The translations under genes and the position numbers were made by a program. Below the pieces are notes generated by a model. It was given only the letters and a program-made list of their open reading frames with translations. It was not told the DNA's origin and ran no database searches. From assembly GCA_965153285.1 (NCBI GenBank), contig OZ229119.1: a stretch of 64,000 nucleotides of DNA. One strand, 5' to 3'. The number at the start of each line of letters is the position of its first letter. The stretch's first letter is position 1. The stretch comes from Podarcis tiliguerta. Its lineage: Eukaryota. Shown in pieces: positions 1 through 13,190 of this stretch.

Positions 1-3000
1 GATTCTAGGGATTCCAGGCACTTCCCCTGGGTTTCATGTTTCCTTTTGGAAATGAAGCACAGCGGAGACTGTAGTGTCTTTTGGATAGATGGCTTATTTA
101 CACATATATACATCCTGAGCCTATGATGAAGAGGTTCACAGCATCAACACCCCAAAGAGGTCTTGCTTCTCCCAAAGCCACAGCCGTGGATTCAAACAGA
201 AATAAACCATTGTGCTCTGACTACAGCTTTATGCCATTAACCGCCTTGCTGAATCCAGGGATTCGATGTCTGGCTTTATTAAATTCTAGCACTTACTGGG
301 TCCAGGAATTTAGGGGAATCTGGCACCCCAAAACTCATAACTATATATAGGAAGTAGCCTGCTGTACAAAGAGAAATTTGACATTTCTTTTTGCTCCATT
401 CACTTTTGACTCTGTGCCTGCCCACTTTTGGCATGTGGTCCTAGATGGTTGCCCAGAAAGTAATGCAGCCGTCAGGCTGAAAAAAGATTCCACATTCCCG
501 TCTTAAATTAACCATGCAATTTATTTATTTATTTGATGTGTCGAACCTCTTGCTATTTTTAGTGGAATTTGAAGACATCGGCGTTCATTCTCTGGCATTA
601 GTCATCCGTGTTCAAAAGATAACAGCATTTTGAGAATACGTTATTACTTTGTCTCCAATTTTGGCTGGCAAATCCTGTGCTCCAATCCCAAGTATGCAAT
701 ATACAATTGTAGAATTTATTCCAGCACAATGTGTTTGGAATCAAAGGTTTATTTTCCCAAGGTCATAAGACTTATCCAATAGATATCCTATTTTGTTACC
801 TGCTATATAAAAACAGCACTGAATAGCTTGTTCATGTACATATATTGAAGTAATACAGGTGGTACTTAAAGCATGTTTAATGAACTTTTAAAAAATGGAT
901 AATTATTTTAACATGTATACACTTTTTGTGTACGATTTTCTTTATCAAAACTACCATATCATACACACTGATCTGAAGCTTAGGGATTCACTGAGCCCTA
1001 AATTGCTTAGGAAGTCAATGGCTAAATCATAATTTGATGTGATGTCTAATTTCGTTCCTTTCTGTACCAGTTTATGATAATCCTGTATTGTCAGTTGGTC
1101 ACCCCATTTCTGAACAGCTGTGGTGAACATTATGTACTTCCTTCTTGGCAGGCTATCAAGCTCTGGGTCATTCAGATGTTATGAAGAAGTACAATGTATT
1201 TGGTTTGGAATCAAAGCTGTTTGTGCTGACATCTACCTACCCTGTTCACAATATTCACCCAAGCCTGGTCAAATGAGAACATGGCAACTACTTTTGGCTA
1301 AAAACCTCAGGGGACTCGGCTACCAATTAAGTTTTTTTGGAAACAATAAATGAATTTCCATGAGGAGTCTTGGGAGCCATTATTTAACTCACCAGATCCT
1401 TTGTTTCCCAGTAACTACTACATATTTGTTTTAAATCATATTTCAGCATACAACTTGAGAGTTTTTAAGAATGATAGGTGGCCAACAAACACTGAGTCCT
1501 TAAACGGGGCTTGGCGTGAAAGGCAAATCTCAGGTTTAAATGAGGTGGCTTGGCACCAAACGGTGTTGAAGAAAACAGTGTGACTCGATCCACACCAACA
1601 CATCCAACACACATTTAAAGCACATGACTCCTCCTCAAAGAAGCCTGGGAAAACCGCAGCTCTGAGGGGGGGGGAACTACAGTTCCCATGATTCTTTGGG
1701 GGGGAATCACATGCTCTGAATGCACTTTAAATGTATTGTGTGGATCTGCTATTTGATAATACAAAATTAGGAATTCTATAGCATGAAAACATTTTTGATC
1801 ATTTCTGCAGTATTCAAAATGCGTTGGAAGCACTGTGGGTTTAAGAGGTTGCAAACCAGAACAACTGTCACAGGCAACACACACCACCAATAATTAGGCT
1901 TGAAATAAGTGGTTTTGTGGTGTTTTTTTTAGAAGAGAGCAAAACATATGCAGGAAGGTGGACTTATTTAGTGATCTACGTATAATGGAAAAACAGTAGT
2001 TTTGTTCCAAGCCTTGGTACAGTTCTTAGATAACCTAGTTCAAACAGAGCAAGTAAGCATGATCAGGTAGAGCAAGTAATACTGTACCTGCCATGACTCA
2101 CACACAGGAAACATTTGACATTTTTGACACTTGGTACATTAAGCACGGAAGCAAACACTGACATCCATTATGAAAAGAAATTGCATTTAATAGCATTCAA
2201 CGTACTGTGAGTCACAGATCTGTCATTTATTAAATACAACAATTTCAAATAGAAGGGTGAAGTAAATGGTGAGGGAGAGATGTTAATAATTTTTTTGACC
2301 TATTTTTGAGAACCAGAAACTGGCAGGTTAGAGATTGCTGGTATGGTGATACACATGGCATGTAAGCTGGACAGATTCTGGTTCATCCACATTGTTTTCA
2401 ATGGCTACTTCAGGTCCTTCCATTGCCTTCAGTGTGCATTTAATATTAATTGTCATTGGGACCACTGTGTTCAGTTGTTAAGTGGTTAGATGAGTCAGTT
2501 TTGACTGATTAAAAATGTATTCCCAATGAAAACAGACAATTTTTTTAAAAAGATATAAATGCTTACAAAAACCACACCATATTCAAAAAGACACTTTCCC
2601 TTTCTAAAGCCTCTACAGAGTTACTGGAGATGGTGAAAGGTTAGATGATATTTGCAGCAGGAGCTTCATAATAACTTCTTTTTTAAAGAGCTTGAAAGCA
2701 AGGCTAGAAGGGTGGAGAACAGCCAAACTGCATGCCTAATTAGGTCCTCCAGGCCTCCCCATTTTTGGCCAAGCCATGCCCCACAGCCCTAAACCTGACA
2801 TCATTTATGACACCAGGTGTAGATTTAGAAGAAAGCTGGTAGAAGCCAAAAAAGCATTTATGCCTGCAAAGCATAGTGCCCAGGGTTTTGAAAGACCCAA
2901 CAATCAGATCACACCTTAAGGCAGGGACAGGATAAGGTCCCAGCAGTCCTCTTCAGCATGGCCAATGGAAAGCGAAGGTGGAGTAGTGTAATACAGAGGG

Positions 3001-3027
3001 ACACATGTTTCCCATTCCTACCCTATA

Positions 3028-3254
3028 CAGTGGTAGCTTGGTTGTTGAACTTAATCTGTTCTGGGAGTCCGTTTGACTCCTGGAACAGTTTGAAAACCAA
3101 GGCACGGATTCCGATTGGCTGCAGGAGCTTCCTGCACTCAAGTGGAAGCCGCGTCAGATGTTCGGCTTCCAAAAAATGTTTGCAAACTGGAACACTGCGA
3201 TGTTCAGGAGCGGATTTGTTCCGGAGCCAAGCCGTTTGACAACCAGTACCACTG
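3028..3254. mobile_element. Tigger-like MITE
   Basis: ta-cagtggtagcttggttgt ... acaaccagtaccactg-ta. Confidence 0.82.
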
Positions 3255-3849
3255 TACAAGCTTTCTTCTGGAATATTATTATTATTATTATTATTACTAT
3301 TACTCCACCCATCTGACTGGATTGGCCCAGCCACTCCAGATGGCTTCCAACACATCTAAAAACATAATAATGGAAAGAAGTACATTTACTACTACTCCCA
3401 GTCTTTTGAACAAGTATCCATACTGTGATGTCGATTGTGACATTGCATTTCACCAATATAACCCTAAGAAGTTGACAGAATTGCCGTGACTTGTTTGTTC
3501 CAAGCCTGCATCTGATAATACCAGGTGGATTATGAGGACGCCTTGCCTCCAAACACAACGAGGCAATAGCATCACTACATCACAGCCTACGCTCTTTTCA
3601 GCCTCAATTTCAGCTCCGGACCACAATACTTGGAGTAAGCCAAGTACAGAGTTGCTGCGAGCCACTTTCATTGGGCTGCAGAGTGGTGATAAAACCACTG
3701 GACCACATTGCAGGAGTGTTGCAAACCACAAAGGCTGCGTTTCACCAGCTAATTTTGGGAAGCTGACAGCTGTGACTACTAGTCTCAGTCCGCATCTGCT
3801 CTGTGGAGATTCATGATCCAGGGTGGGTTTCTTTCACTCACAAACACAC

Positions 3850-4565
3850 TTAGACGCGCTTCCACCTCAAACGTGCCATATGAACAGCGGGCTGAGCGAG
3901 CTTGGAATCTTTCTGCAAATCTTGTGTTTGTGTGCTTTTAAATAAAACCACTGAAATGACTCTCCACTGCACCCCGCTCTCACACGAAATTAAAACCCAG
4001 TTTGAAGAACCGCGAACTCCTGCCTGCGCTTCCACCTCCTCCTTCCCCTCAGCTGGCCGAGGACGGGGAGAGAACACGCTTCTGCTGCTGCTCAGTCACA
4101 GTTTATGCAAAAAGCTTTGACATGAGCCATTATTTCCTACTGGAAACTGTCACGTTTAGGGAAATGGCGTCAAAAGTAACCAGGAACTTCCGTCTCCAGA
4201 CGATGCATTTTATCCTCCGTTTTACGTTTTGCCCTTAAGAAACATGGGCGGACAGCACTTCCTGTTTGGATATTTCGCTCTCAAGAAAGTTAGTGCTTGA
4301 AGAGCGAGCTGGGAATGCCTGAGCTTGATGATCAATAATCCCTGCGCTTAAATTTGTAAGTATTTTCACCGAAAACATACATCGCTTCCTCTCTCAGGTG
4401 GTCCGACTATACAAATTCTCTCGGCTTTTTCTGCAAAGCTTCTCCTGCGAGCTTCTGCCCTCGTTTCGTTTCATCTTTACGTACTCCTTTACACGCTTCC
4501 GGACATTTCTTCGCTTTTTTCTTTTTGGAGGGGTTTAATTAAAAACCAGTCATAGACATGTAGGT
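3850..4565 (+). promoter_or_regulatory. Probable CRADD promoter / non-coding first exon (CpG-enriched, TATA-less)
   Basis: Local CpG enrichment outside any recognisable repeat. YY1-type AAATGGCG (4162-4169) and ETS-type ACTTCCG/ACTTCCTG/CTTCCGG (~4186, ~4257, ~4496). Candidate donors TTT|GTAAGT (4356) and TAG|GTATGG (4564). The coding exon starts only 1 nt before the ATG, so an upstream exon is required. Confidence 0.6.
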
Positions 4566-5249
4566 ATGGCTCCCCACTGTGAATAGATCTTTATTTTTGG
4601 TTCTACAATTTGTGTTGCAGTTGTGGTATTTTGTATCTAGAAAATATGGTGAATCCTGAAACCTTAAGAGCAATGAACAATCTATTGTCGCCTGCCCTGC
4701 TCTTATTTAGTTAAAGCGGGTATGATAAGGATTGCTGCCTCCAAGAGCTTTACTACAACGATTCTGCTACACTCTGGCAGGTATCTAAGAAAAAAAAGAT
4801 TATTTCTTTCTAGATTGGACCCCAGGGCATGGTGTGAATGTACTTGGCTGAAATTAAGGAAATCAAGGTTTGCAGGTTCCTGTCAGGGAACCCTGTACAT
4901 ACTTTATTAACAGGAAGAAATGTAGAATATAAACAGAAGATGAGACACCTGTAATTTTCCCTAGGTCTTTAATACTTTTTTTCTCTGTTTTAATGTTGCT
5001 GCTGTGTCTTCCTGGATTGCAGCTTTGAACAGTTTTTTAAAAAAAATATTGTTTTACTGGTTGATTTTAGTTGTTGTTGTTTGAAAGCTGCCCTGGGAGA
5101 TATTGATTCAAATGCTTTTCTCTGACCTCTTCTGACTCAAACTGGACATACCTCCAAAGCTGTTAATGCCACAAGGCTGTTAACAGCAGGCAATATGCTA
5201 ATATAAGTAAAGCATAAGAAAAATGATAATGTAAGTGAAAGCAGGGATA

Positions 5250-5680
5250 AAAATCAGCTCTGTTGACCAGAAGCATGTTAAATTAGGACAGTTTTCACAA
5301 TGTGTCAAAGCATCATTGCTGATGGAGCTGACCTTCAGCAGAGAATTCCAAAGTTTTGATGCCACAGTGGAAAAGGCTGTGGCCTGTGTACCCAACCAAC
5401 TGAGCCTTTGCTGCTGATAGGATATGTAGCAAGCATTTGCTGAAGATTTTGGGTGACAGAATCAAATGGGGAGAAAGTGTTCCAAGTACCCTAATCCCAA
5501 ATCGTAAGGGTTATAAAGCTGATCACTTGTGCGCTGAATTTTCCTTTGAGACAAACCAGAAACTGGTGAGGCCGGGCCAGCTGTAAAGTCACATGGTCTA
5601 AAACCAAACGAACTCCAACCCCAGTCAAAACTCTTGCTGACACCTTTTGCGCCGCTTTTTGAAGGCAGCCCCATGTGACA
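5250..5680 (-). mobile_element. Ancient L2 LINE fragment
   Basis: AFSTVASKLWNSL resembles the L2 C-terminal AFSxAAPxLWNSLP motif. Confidence 0.55.
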
Positions 5681-5947
5681 ATGTGATTCTCTTTTCTTTT
5701 TTAAGAAATTGGAGATAGGTTACTGTACCAAAGGGAGTGTCCACCCTATGTTAAAGTGTCGGTTATCTTTGGGTGGGAACCAGTCCTAAATGTGAGTATC
5801 TGCTTCGTGCAAGATGCCCTGATAACTTAAATCAACAAAAGATGCAGCCTTTCATCAATTTGATGCTCACGTACTTCCAAAACACCTTGTACTCTTCATT
5901 TACTGAAACAGATCCAGCTAAAGTACTCTCAGGCTTTTAAAAAATAA

Positions 5948-6037
5948 CATAGCTGTCAACTTTTCCCTTTTTTAAAGGGAAATTCCCTTATTTCAAATAG
6001 GATTCCTCACAAGAAAAGGGAAAAGTTGACAGCTATG
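5948..6037. mobile_element. Tiny fold-back MITE (90 bp)
   Basis: Perfect 24-bp inverted termini catagctgtcaacttttccctttt / aaaagggaaaagttgacagctatg. Confidence 0.8.
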
Positions 6038-6358
6038 AAATAGGTCCGACCCTGCCTGGGCATAAAAGATGCATTTGGAAATCAAAGGACCTGGGGCGGA
6101 GTCCACTTCACGAAATAAAAACTTGCAGTGCTCAGAAGGCACCCCCCCCCAATAAAACCCCTACATAATCCCTGTAAGTATAACACAGGCAAATAATAGT
6201 AATACTGTAATCTAGCACCCAAAAACCTGCCCCTACCTTGGAAAGCATTTCTGAAAAAAAGAAATATTTGGAAGGATAAAGAACATTGGTGGGTGTTGCA
6301 GTCCCCACAGGTGCAACATATATAGCATTTAAGTTCTCTCTATTTATTTTCCTGCAGG

Positions 6359-6656
6359 ATGGATGCCAGGGACAAGCAGGTTCTACGCTCATTGCGCCTG
6401 GAGCTTTGTGCAGAACTGCTGGTGGAGGGCCTTGTCATTCAATACCTTTACCAAGAAGGCATCCTGACAGAAAGCCACATGCAAGAAATAAGGTCCCAAG
6501 TCACCAACCACAGGAAAACCATGTTGCTCCTTGACATCTTACCTACAAGAGGGCCCAAGGCTTTTGAGACTTTTCTAGATTCCTTACAGGAGTTTCCATG
6601 GGTGAGAGACAAGCTTGAGGCAAAGCGCAATGAAGTTATGCTAGTGGCACTTGATG
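6359..6656 (+). CDS. CRADD: CRADD/RAIDD first coding exon (CARD domain; codons 1-99 + 1 nt)
   Basis: Translation [44 protein letters not shown]...[31 protein letters not shown] closely matches the human RAIDD CARD as recalled. A polypyrimidine tract and cag acceptor end at 6357; the donor is G|GTAAG at 6657. The coding part is 298 nt (phase 1). Confidence 0.98.
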
Positions 6657-8069
6657 GTAAGATTTCAAAACTATTACTATATTGGGTTCATTCTTCCTTT
6701 GATCAAAGAGCTGCAACAGTAGAATTTACAGTTGGAAGGAGTGGACTGCACCTTTAATAGATGTGCGGAAGAGGGACTTTCAGTAAGTGCAGCTTGCCAC
6801 GCAAAGAGCTCTGCCTTCTCTTTCCATTTGGCACTGCAATCCTACATGTCTCTACATTGGAAGTAAGTCCGCTTGAGTTCAACAGGACGTGCTTCCAGAT
6901 AAATGCATGTTGGACTGTAAGCTTAGTCTGTTAGCTGGTTATTTTCTACACTGTTGTTTTGTTGTCATCTTCTAATTTTTAAAATCTTAACTGGACTTTT
7001 TATTGTGTTGCAGTGTGTTTTTGCTTTTCTGACTTGTTTTTTTTTGTGAGCTACAGTTGAAAGACTGGACAAGAAGTCATCTTATAAAAATAAATATTCA
7101 GCCATGTGAGCGCTTCACCCCCTTGGTGAGATCTAGGCTGTTGTCAGTCTAAGTAATTTGTTTGTGATGTGGAGTTAGCTGTTGCAAAATGTGATCCAAA
7201 GTCTAGAGTTCTGAGTAGTCAACTTGCTTCAAAACAGATGTCCAGACTGGTGTGTGTGTGTAAAATCCATTATCTATTTAAAGGGTTCATTTTTACCTTA
7301 TAGGAAATTGTATGTGCTGTACTGATAACTTGAGTGCTCTCTAAGTAACGGCCACCCCAGTTAGGCAACTCAGGGCATAGAGGATAATCTTGCCTTCAGC
7401 CTGGTCTTTGCAATTTTCTTATGTTGCAAGAGTTGTGGGGTGAAGCTTCGAGGAAGTGGCAGCCAAGCAGCTCCAGTAATGCAAATGGGCCTAGAAGCTA
7501 TTGGCATTACAGTGGTAACTTCTGAAGATAGCAAGACAAATGTATGTTTAAAAATATTGAGGTAGGGGAGGATATACTATACCCTTTAGATCAGTATTTC
7601 CCAAAGTGTGGTACACATACCCCTGGGGTTGCACACAAGGATTTCAAAGGGTGTATGGTATCTGCTAGATAAAATAGGATCATAATCATGTACCCCTATT
7701 GAGAGTTTATTCTTACTGGTGTACTCCGACCAACACATTATCTTCGTCTGAGCCCTTCTCAGAAGATAATTTGGTGGTTGGGGTACACTAGTAAGAATAA
7801 ACACTCAAAAAGGGTACATGATTATTGTAAGTTTGGGAAACATTGCTCAGTCTAGACAAATGAGGCTAAAAAGAGATTTAAGGCAGACTTGTGTACATTG
7901 TCATTCTAGATGATGTATTACATTTCTATCACACCTTTCCTTCTAGGAACTCAAAATGGTCCTGCCCCATCCCATTTTATCCTCACAACAACCCCATGAG
8001 ATAGAGACAGGGATTGGCTCCGTGAACGTCATGGCTGAGTGGGGATTTGAACCTTGGTCTTAGTCTAGC

Positions 8070-8400
8070 CAGGGGTGTAGCTAGCTGCTCTGGCACCCGG
8101 AGTAGCGGGGGCAAGGCGAGCCACCCACAGGGGTGCCACGGCAATCCGCGCACTGGGGGGCACCACAGTGATCCGCCCAGGGGAGTGGCGCAGCGCGGCA
8201 AGCTGCCCATGGAGTCCTCCTGAAACTGCAGAGTGGGGCCCCGAGCCACTGCTTCACTCCCAGGAGAGACGTGTGGCTTGGGCACACTGCAGGCCAGGCC
8301 CCGCGGTAAGTGCTGCCCCCCCCGTGATGTGCCATTTTGTCACCCCCCACATGGATGACACCCAGGGTGGACCGCACCCCCACCCCTTCCTACACCCCTG
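8070..8400. mobile_element. hAT-type non-autonomous element (331 bp, GC-rich) inserted in a SINE remnant
   Basis: 11-bp TIR CAGGGGTGTAG; perfect 8-bp TSD agtctagc (8062-8069 / 8401-8408). Confidence 0.9.
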
Positions 8401-11400
8401 AGTCTAGCCCTCTCACAGCTACACCAAACTACAGTGGAACTGATTTTACAGTTGAATTATTGTCTCTGTTTGCTTGCAAACGAAAAGGCATCTGTATGAA
8501 TGAGAGTCATTATAAACTTTTCCTCCTGAAAGATGACTAATTCTCATACAGTAAAATAAAGGGTGAATGGAAAGGGACAACAATAGGATAGCACTGTATA
8601 ATAGAGACGAGATTGTACAGTGATGGGTTGCTAAACTTGGAATATGTGGGTTTACATCAGATATGTTGTATTCCTTTTTGCAGAGGAAGAATGAGACATG
8701 GGGAAAGGGTTCTGAAGTTTTGCTTACATAACTGGTAATTTTCAGACAACTGCTCATCTCTTATTATCTGTTTTATATACATACACACACATCCTTGAAG
8801 ATGCCCTTGGCTTTAGAGTCTTGGGATCTCTTCACTTTAGGTTTTGTCTTGGGCTAAGGGATCCAATGGCCTCAGACTCATCACCCTAGTACTATTACTG
8901 TGGATTGATGAGCTTGGATGTTCATGGTTACTATGTTTTCGATCATCCCTGTTGAAGGAGAAAGGGCAACTTATATGTGCATAAATGTTTATGTTGTTTT
9001 AAGGAGGATAGTTACATTTCAGTAAGAATTCAGGAAGGCCTTTTTTGATAGAGGACAGTGTCCCGTCAACAGCATTGAAATAAGATTTAGGGGTCAGTCC
9101 ATTCGTCTTGTTTCGGTGGAATTGTGGTGGTGGAGGGGGCAAGCTGCAAAATGTCTTTGGCCAGCTCCACTGACAGTTTTCTAGCATGGATGTTAAATCA
9201 ATACTCCATATTTTTGGGATAGATTTATGAACAAGGATGACATAATCTTTAACAAGTTTCTGTTACACAATCCTTGAGGTTACGGAGATTGTAACCTTGA
9301 ATTACTTTCAAGTGATGCTTATGGGAACATTTTTAATAATAATAATAAATAATAATTTGATTATTTCACTTAGAATAATTTCTTTCTCCTCTGTCTCTGT
9401 TGACGTGACTCTTCATAATTGTAAAGTATGGCTAACAAAGTTTCCAGCTAGGTTTGGAGTGTTTTCTGGTCTGTATTGATATTGGTCAGTTCTCAGGCCT
9501 GGCTAAGAGTTGGGAATGGGTGGTTGTGAATAGGCTGGGGCATATAATACTACAATCCCACAGCCTCTTCCTGGTCCCATAGCCATAGTTAGTGCCCATG
9601 CCTGTGTTATTCTTGCACAGTTGTACAATTTTTTTGGGGAAGAGTAGGAAAAGCCTGGTTTGTTTATATTATTTTCTTTTTCCACTACGTGGGACACCTT
9701 GTGTTTGTGGACAGAAAGTTAAATACGTTATTCAGTAACTAATCTACTTCTAATGATTTGTACAATCCCTGTTGTAACCCAGGGTTAGCCAGCTGGCAGC
9801 GTAGAGTGGGAATTTATTACCAAAGCAGTTTAATCTGGCCTCTGGTAACCCCTATGTATATTAAAGAGATTGTTTCACCAAGGTGGAAAAGAAGCTCATC
9901 AAAAGATGTGTACATTTAAAAATGTTTCATCTTTTTTTACTGATGTCAAATGTGCAATGCGCAGGGAGCCCAGTGCAGTGTGGATTCCTCTCTTGAGCTC
10001 GGCAGGAGTCAGCCATTGAACCGCGCCACGCTGGGCTCCCTGTTTGGCCTCCTCCCAATGATGCAACTTCACACATGTGTCACATGTATGGCATCACATA
10101 CTCCCGACCCATGTCCAATGCATGATGTCACACAAAGATGATGCACACTGCCGCCCCAACCAAATCTTGTACTCAAGGCAGCCCCTCTGCTTCCACCTAA
10201 ATCTCCTTCCTGGACATCTGTTTTCCCAGCCGCCTTAAATTCCATCATGGAGGGGGCCCCCCTGTGTTCTCTGTGCTCTTTGCTCTGCTACATGCAAAGC
10301 TCATCCACTACCACACCTGCAGATGGAAAGCAGAACTAGAGCTGTGTGTCATCAGCATATTGCTAACAATGTACTCCAAAATTCTGGGTAATCCCACATA
10401 GTGGTTTCATGTAGATGCAGAATCTTGAGGAACTACACATTGGAGTCTCCACCAGGCGGAAGAGCATGCCCCAAACATCACTCTCAAAGGGCAGAACTGG
10501 AAAAAAGCAAATGGGGAGGCTGCTTATCAACCGTCCAGCGTCCTTTTTCTCTCTCCCCGCATCAAGCTTTCATGGTGTAATATGCATTTAGCAGTTGTTG
10601 TGCAAGCTTCTGGTGAAGCTCAACTCTTCACTTCCGTTTTTTTATTTTTATAATAATTAAGAAATAATACTTCCTGAGTACAGACACCTTAGAATGTAAG
10701 GTACATGGTATCATTTCAAATATAAAATAGTTTTTAACTTAAATCTGTTTATAAAATTACAGTGCGAATTTTGTAAAGTACTATGGAACGCTCCTTACCT
10801 GAGTCTTCATGTATCTGAAAGTTCTTGTCTAGATTCAAATCATTCATGTTCCACAGACAGCATTCCTGTTATAATGTACTTTTTGATTATTTATTTGACT
10901 TGGATGACCTCCCCAGGCTATTTAGCTAATAACCCCACCTTTTCTGGACTGCAGTGTGCAATCTGCTTGTTAGCTTCAGTTAGTAACAAAGCTTGGGCAA
11001 CTCTTTGTGGATTGCTAATCTTGTAGTTTTAAGTATACTGGTTGAGTTAGCAGGGTCTGTTCCTATATGTAGGATTTGGAAGCAATAGCTTTCTATCGCA
11101 GTCATGGGAGCCAACTCCTAGGGGCTGTGGGGGCTTCGGCCCCCACAATAAAATATTTGAGGGGGCTGGGCCCCCACAGAGTTGATGGGCATTCCCATTC
11201 AAATGGTGTGTGCGCACTGCGTCATGTGATTGATTATGCACGGCGGGGCTTACCTGGGCCACCACAATATTCTATTCAAGTTGACACCCCTGATCTCAGT
11301 TGTTCCCCAGCAACTGGTATTCAGAGGTATGCCTCCACAGTTGGGGTTCAGTTTTGCTATAGTGGCTGTTAGTACTACTAACAACTACTTGTGTAGCTCC

Positions 11401-11792
11401 CCTCCAAAGCCACCTATTAGAACATATGGTTTGGCTGTCTTGGTTTCTTGATGTATTTTTGCATTTAATGAAAGGTCTGACTCGGTTGGGTGTTGCAGCC
11501 TTCTTTTGAGGTTCTGAACAGTCAACAAATGCACGTACGCAGTGTTTTCTATCTTAATTATATTCCTGGAAAAACTCAAGCAGACTGCTGTGCGGTGTTT
11601 ACAGCAAGAGAGAACTGCTGTATGCAGAACATTATTCCATCCCAAAAGTTTGAAAAGGAAGGAAAGATTCTGATTTTGTGCCTTGCATAGAGTTAGTATA
11701 ATCAGATTCTATGAGGGATTCTCAAATGGGCCTGTTTGTTGAAGTGGGACAGATATGGGATTGTTTTATTCAACAGTGTGACATGATTTGTA

Positions 11793-12034
11793 CAGTGGTA
11801 CCTCAGGTTACATATGCTTCAGGTTACATACGCGTCAGGTTACAAACTCTGCTAACCCAGAAATAGTACCTCGGGTTAAGAACTTAGCTTCAGGATGAGA
11901 ACAGAAATCGTGCTCTGGCGGCACGGCGGCAGCAGGAGGTCCCATTAGCTAAAGTGGTGCTTCAGGTTAAGAACAGTTTCAGGTTAAGAACGGACCTCCG
12001 GAACAAATTAAGTACTTAACCCGAGGTACCATTG
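11793..12034. mobile_element. Tigger/pogo-like MITE (242 bp; CAGTGGTACCTC TIR, TA TSD)
   Basis: ta-cagtggtacctcaggtta ... taacccgaggtaccattg-ta. Confidence 0.92.
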
Positions 12035-12057
12035 TAATTTTATTTTATTTTCCTATA

Positions 12058-12299
12058 CAGTGGTACCTCGGGTTACATATGCTTCAGGTTACATATGCTT
12101 CAGGTTACAGACTCCGATAACCCAGAAATAGTACCTCGGGTTAAGAACTTTGCTTCAGGATGAGAACAGAAATTGTGCTCCGGCGGTGCAGCAGCAGCAG
12201 GAGGCCACATTAGCTAAAGTGGTGCTTCAGGTTAAGAACAGTTTCAGGTTAAGAAGGGACCTCTGGAACGAATTAAGTACTTAACCTGAGGTACCACTG
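12058..12299. mobile_element. Second copy of the same 242-bp MITE
   Basis: ta-cagtggtacctcgggtta ... taacctgaggtaccactg-ta; colinear with the copy 23 bp upstream. Confidence 0.92.
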
Positions 12300-12453
12300 T
12301 ATACCGCTAATTGTATATGTTTGTATGTTATGTAGTGACCAGGGATCATTTTCTGATGAAGAGCAAGGTATAAATTTGCAAGACCCACGTATGTAGCTAT
12401 AGGATCAAGGCATTCTTTAAGAACAACCACATGTAAATTGTATTACATAAGTA

Positions 12454-12704
12454 CAGTCGTACCTTGGCTCCCAAACGCCTTGGGAGTCAAACATTCTGGC
12501 TCTAGAACAATCAAAAATCGGAAATGAGTGTTCCAATTTTTTAACATCCTTTTGGAAGCCGAACATCTGGCACGGCTTCCGTATTTTTTTCCGGTGCGCC
12601 TGCACAATCTGAAACCAATCAGAAACTGCGCCTTGGTTTCCTAGCATTTCGGAAGTGGAACGGACTTCCAGAAAGGATTCCGTTCGACTTCTGAGGTATG
12701 ACTG
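12454..12704. mobile_element. Tigger-like MITE
   Basis: ta-cagtcgtaccttgg ... tgaggtatgactg-ta. Confidence 0.8.
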
Positions 12705-12857
12705 TAATTGTGCTCTACTTTATCAGGTTATAGAAGACATAATGTTACAAAATAATATGTATGTTGTTTCTATAACTTGTAATCTACAAACCGTTTCATA
12801 CAACTGCATTAAAAACCAGCTTAGTTCCATTACAGTCCCAAGAATTCGGAGCAAAGA

Positions 12858-13190
12858 CTGAGAGGTGAGATGATAGCCATCTTCAGATATCAGATGGGCT
12901 GTCACATGGGTGATGGCGCAAGCTGGTTTTCTGCAGTTCTAGCGGCTAGGACCGGAACCAATGGATTCCAGTCACAAGCAGTGAGATTCCGACTAAACAT
13001 TAGGAAGAACTCTCTGTTGGTTAGAACTATTTGACAGTGGAATGGAGTAGCTCAGGAAGTGGTGGACTCTCCTTTATTGGAGGTTTTTAAACAAAGGTTT
13101 GTTGGCCACCTGTCAGGGTTTTTTTTAGCTGTGATTCCTGGACTAGATGACATTTTGTGTTGCTTCCAGCTGTACAGTTCTATGAGTCTA
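12858..13190 (+). mobile_element. CR1 LINE 3' end (decayed)
   Basis: gattccgactaaacattaggaagaac...ggaggtttttaaacaaagg...gactagatgac...ttctatgagtct, typical of the CR1 3' terminus. Confidence 0.75.

Noticed and set aside
6657-6757. C-terminal extension of ORF 6359-6757 ([14 protein letters not shown]...)
   Set aside because: Read-through into the intron past the GTAAG donor; similarity to RAIDD stops there.
11791-12301. CRISPR-like or prokaryotic repeat array
   Set aside because: Eukaryotic MITE copies with TIRs and TA TSDs; no repeat-spacer structure or cas genes.
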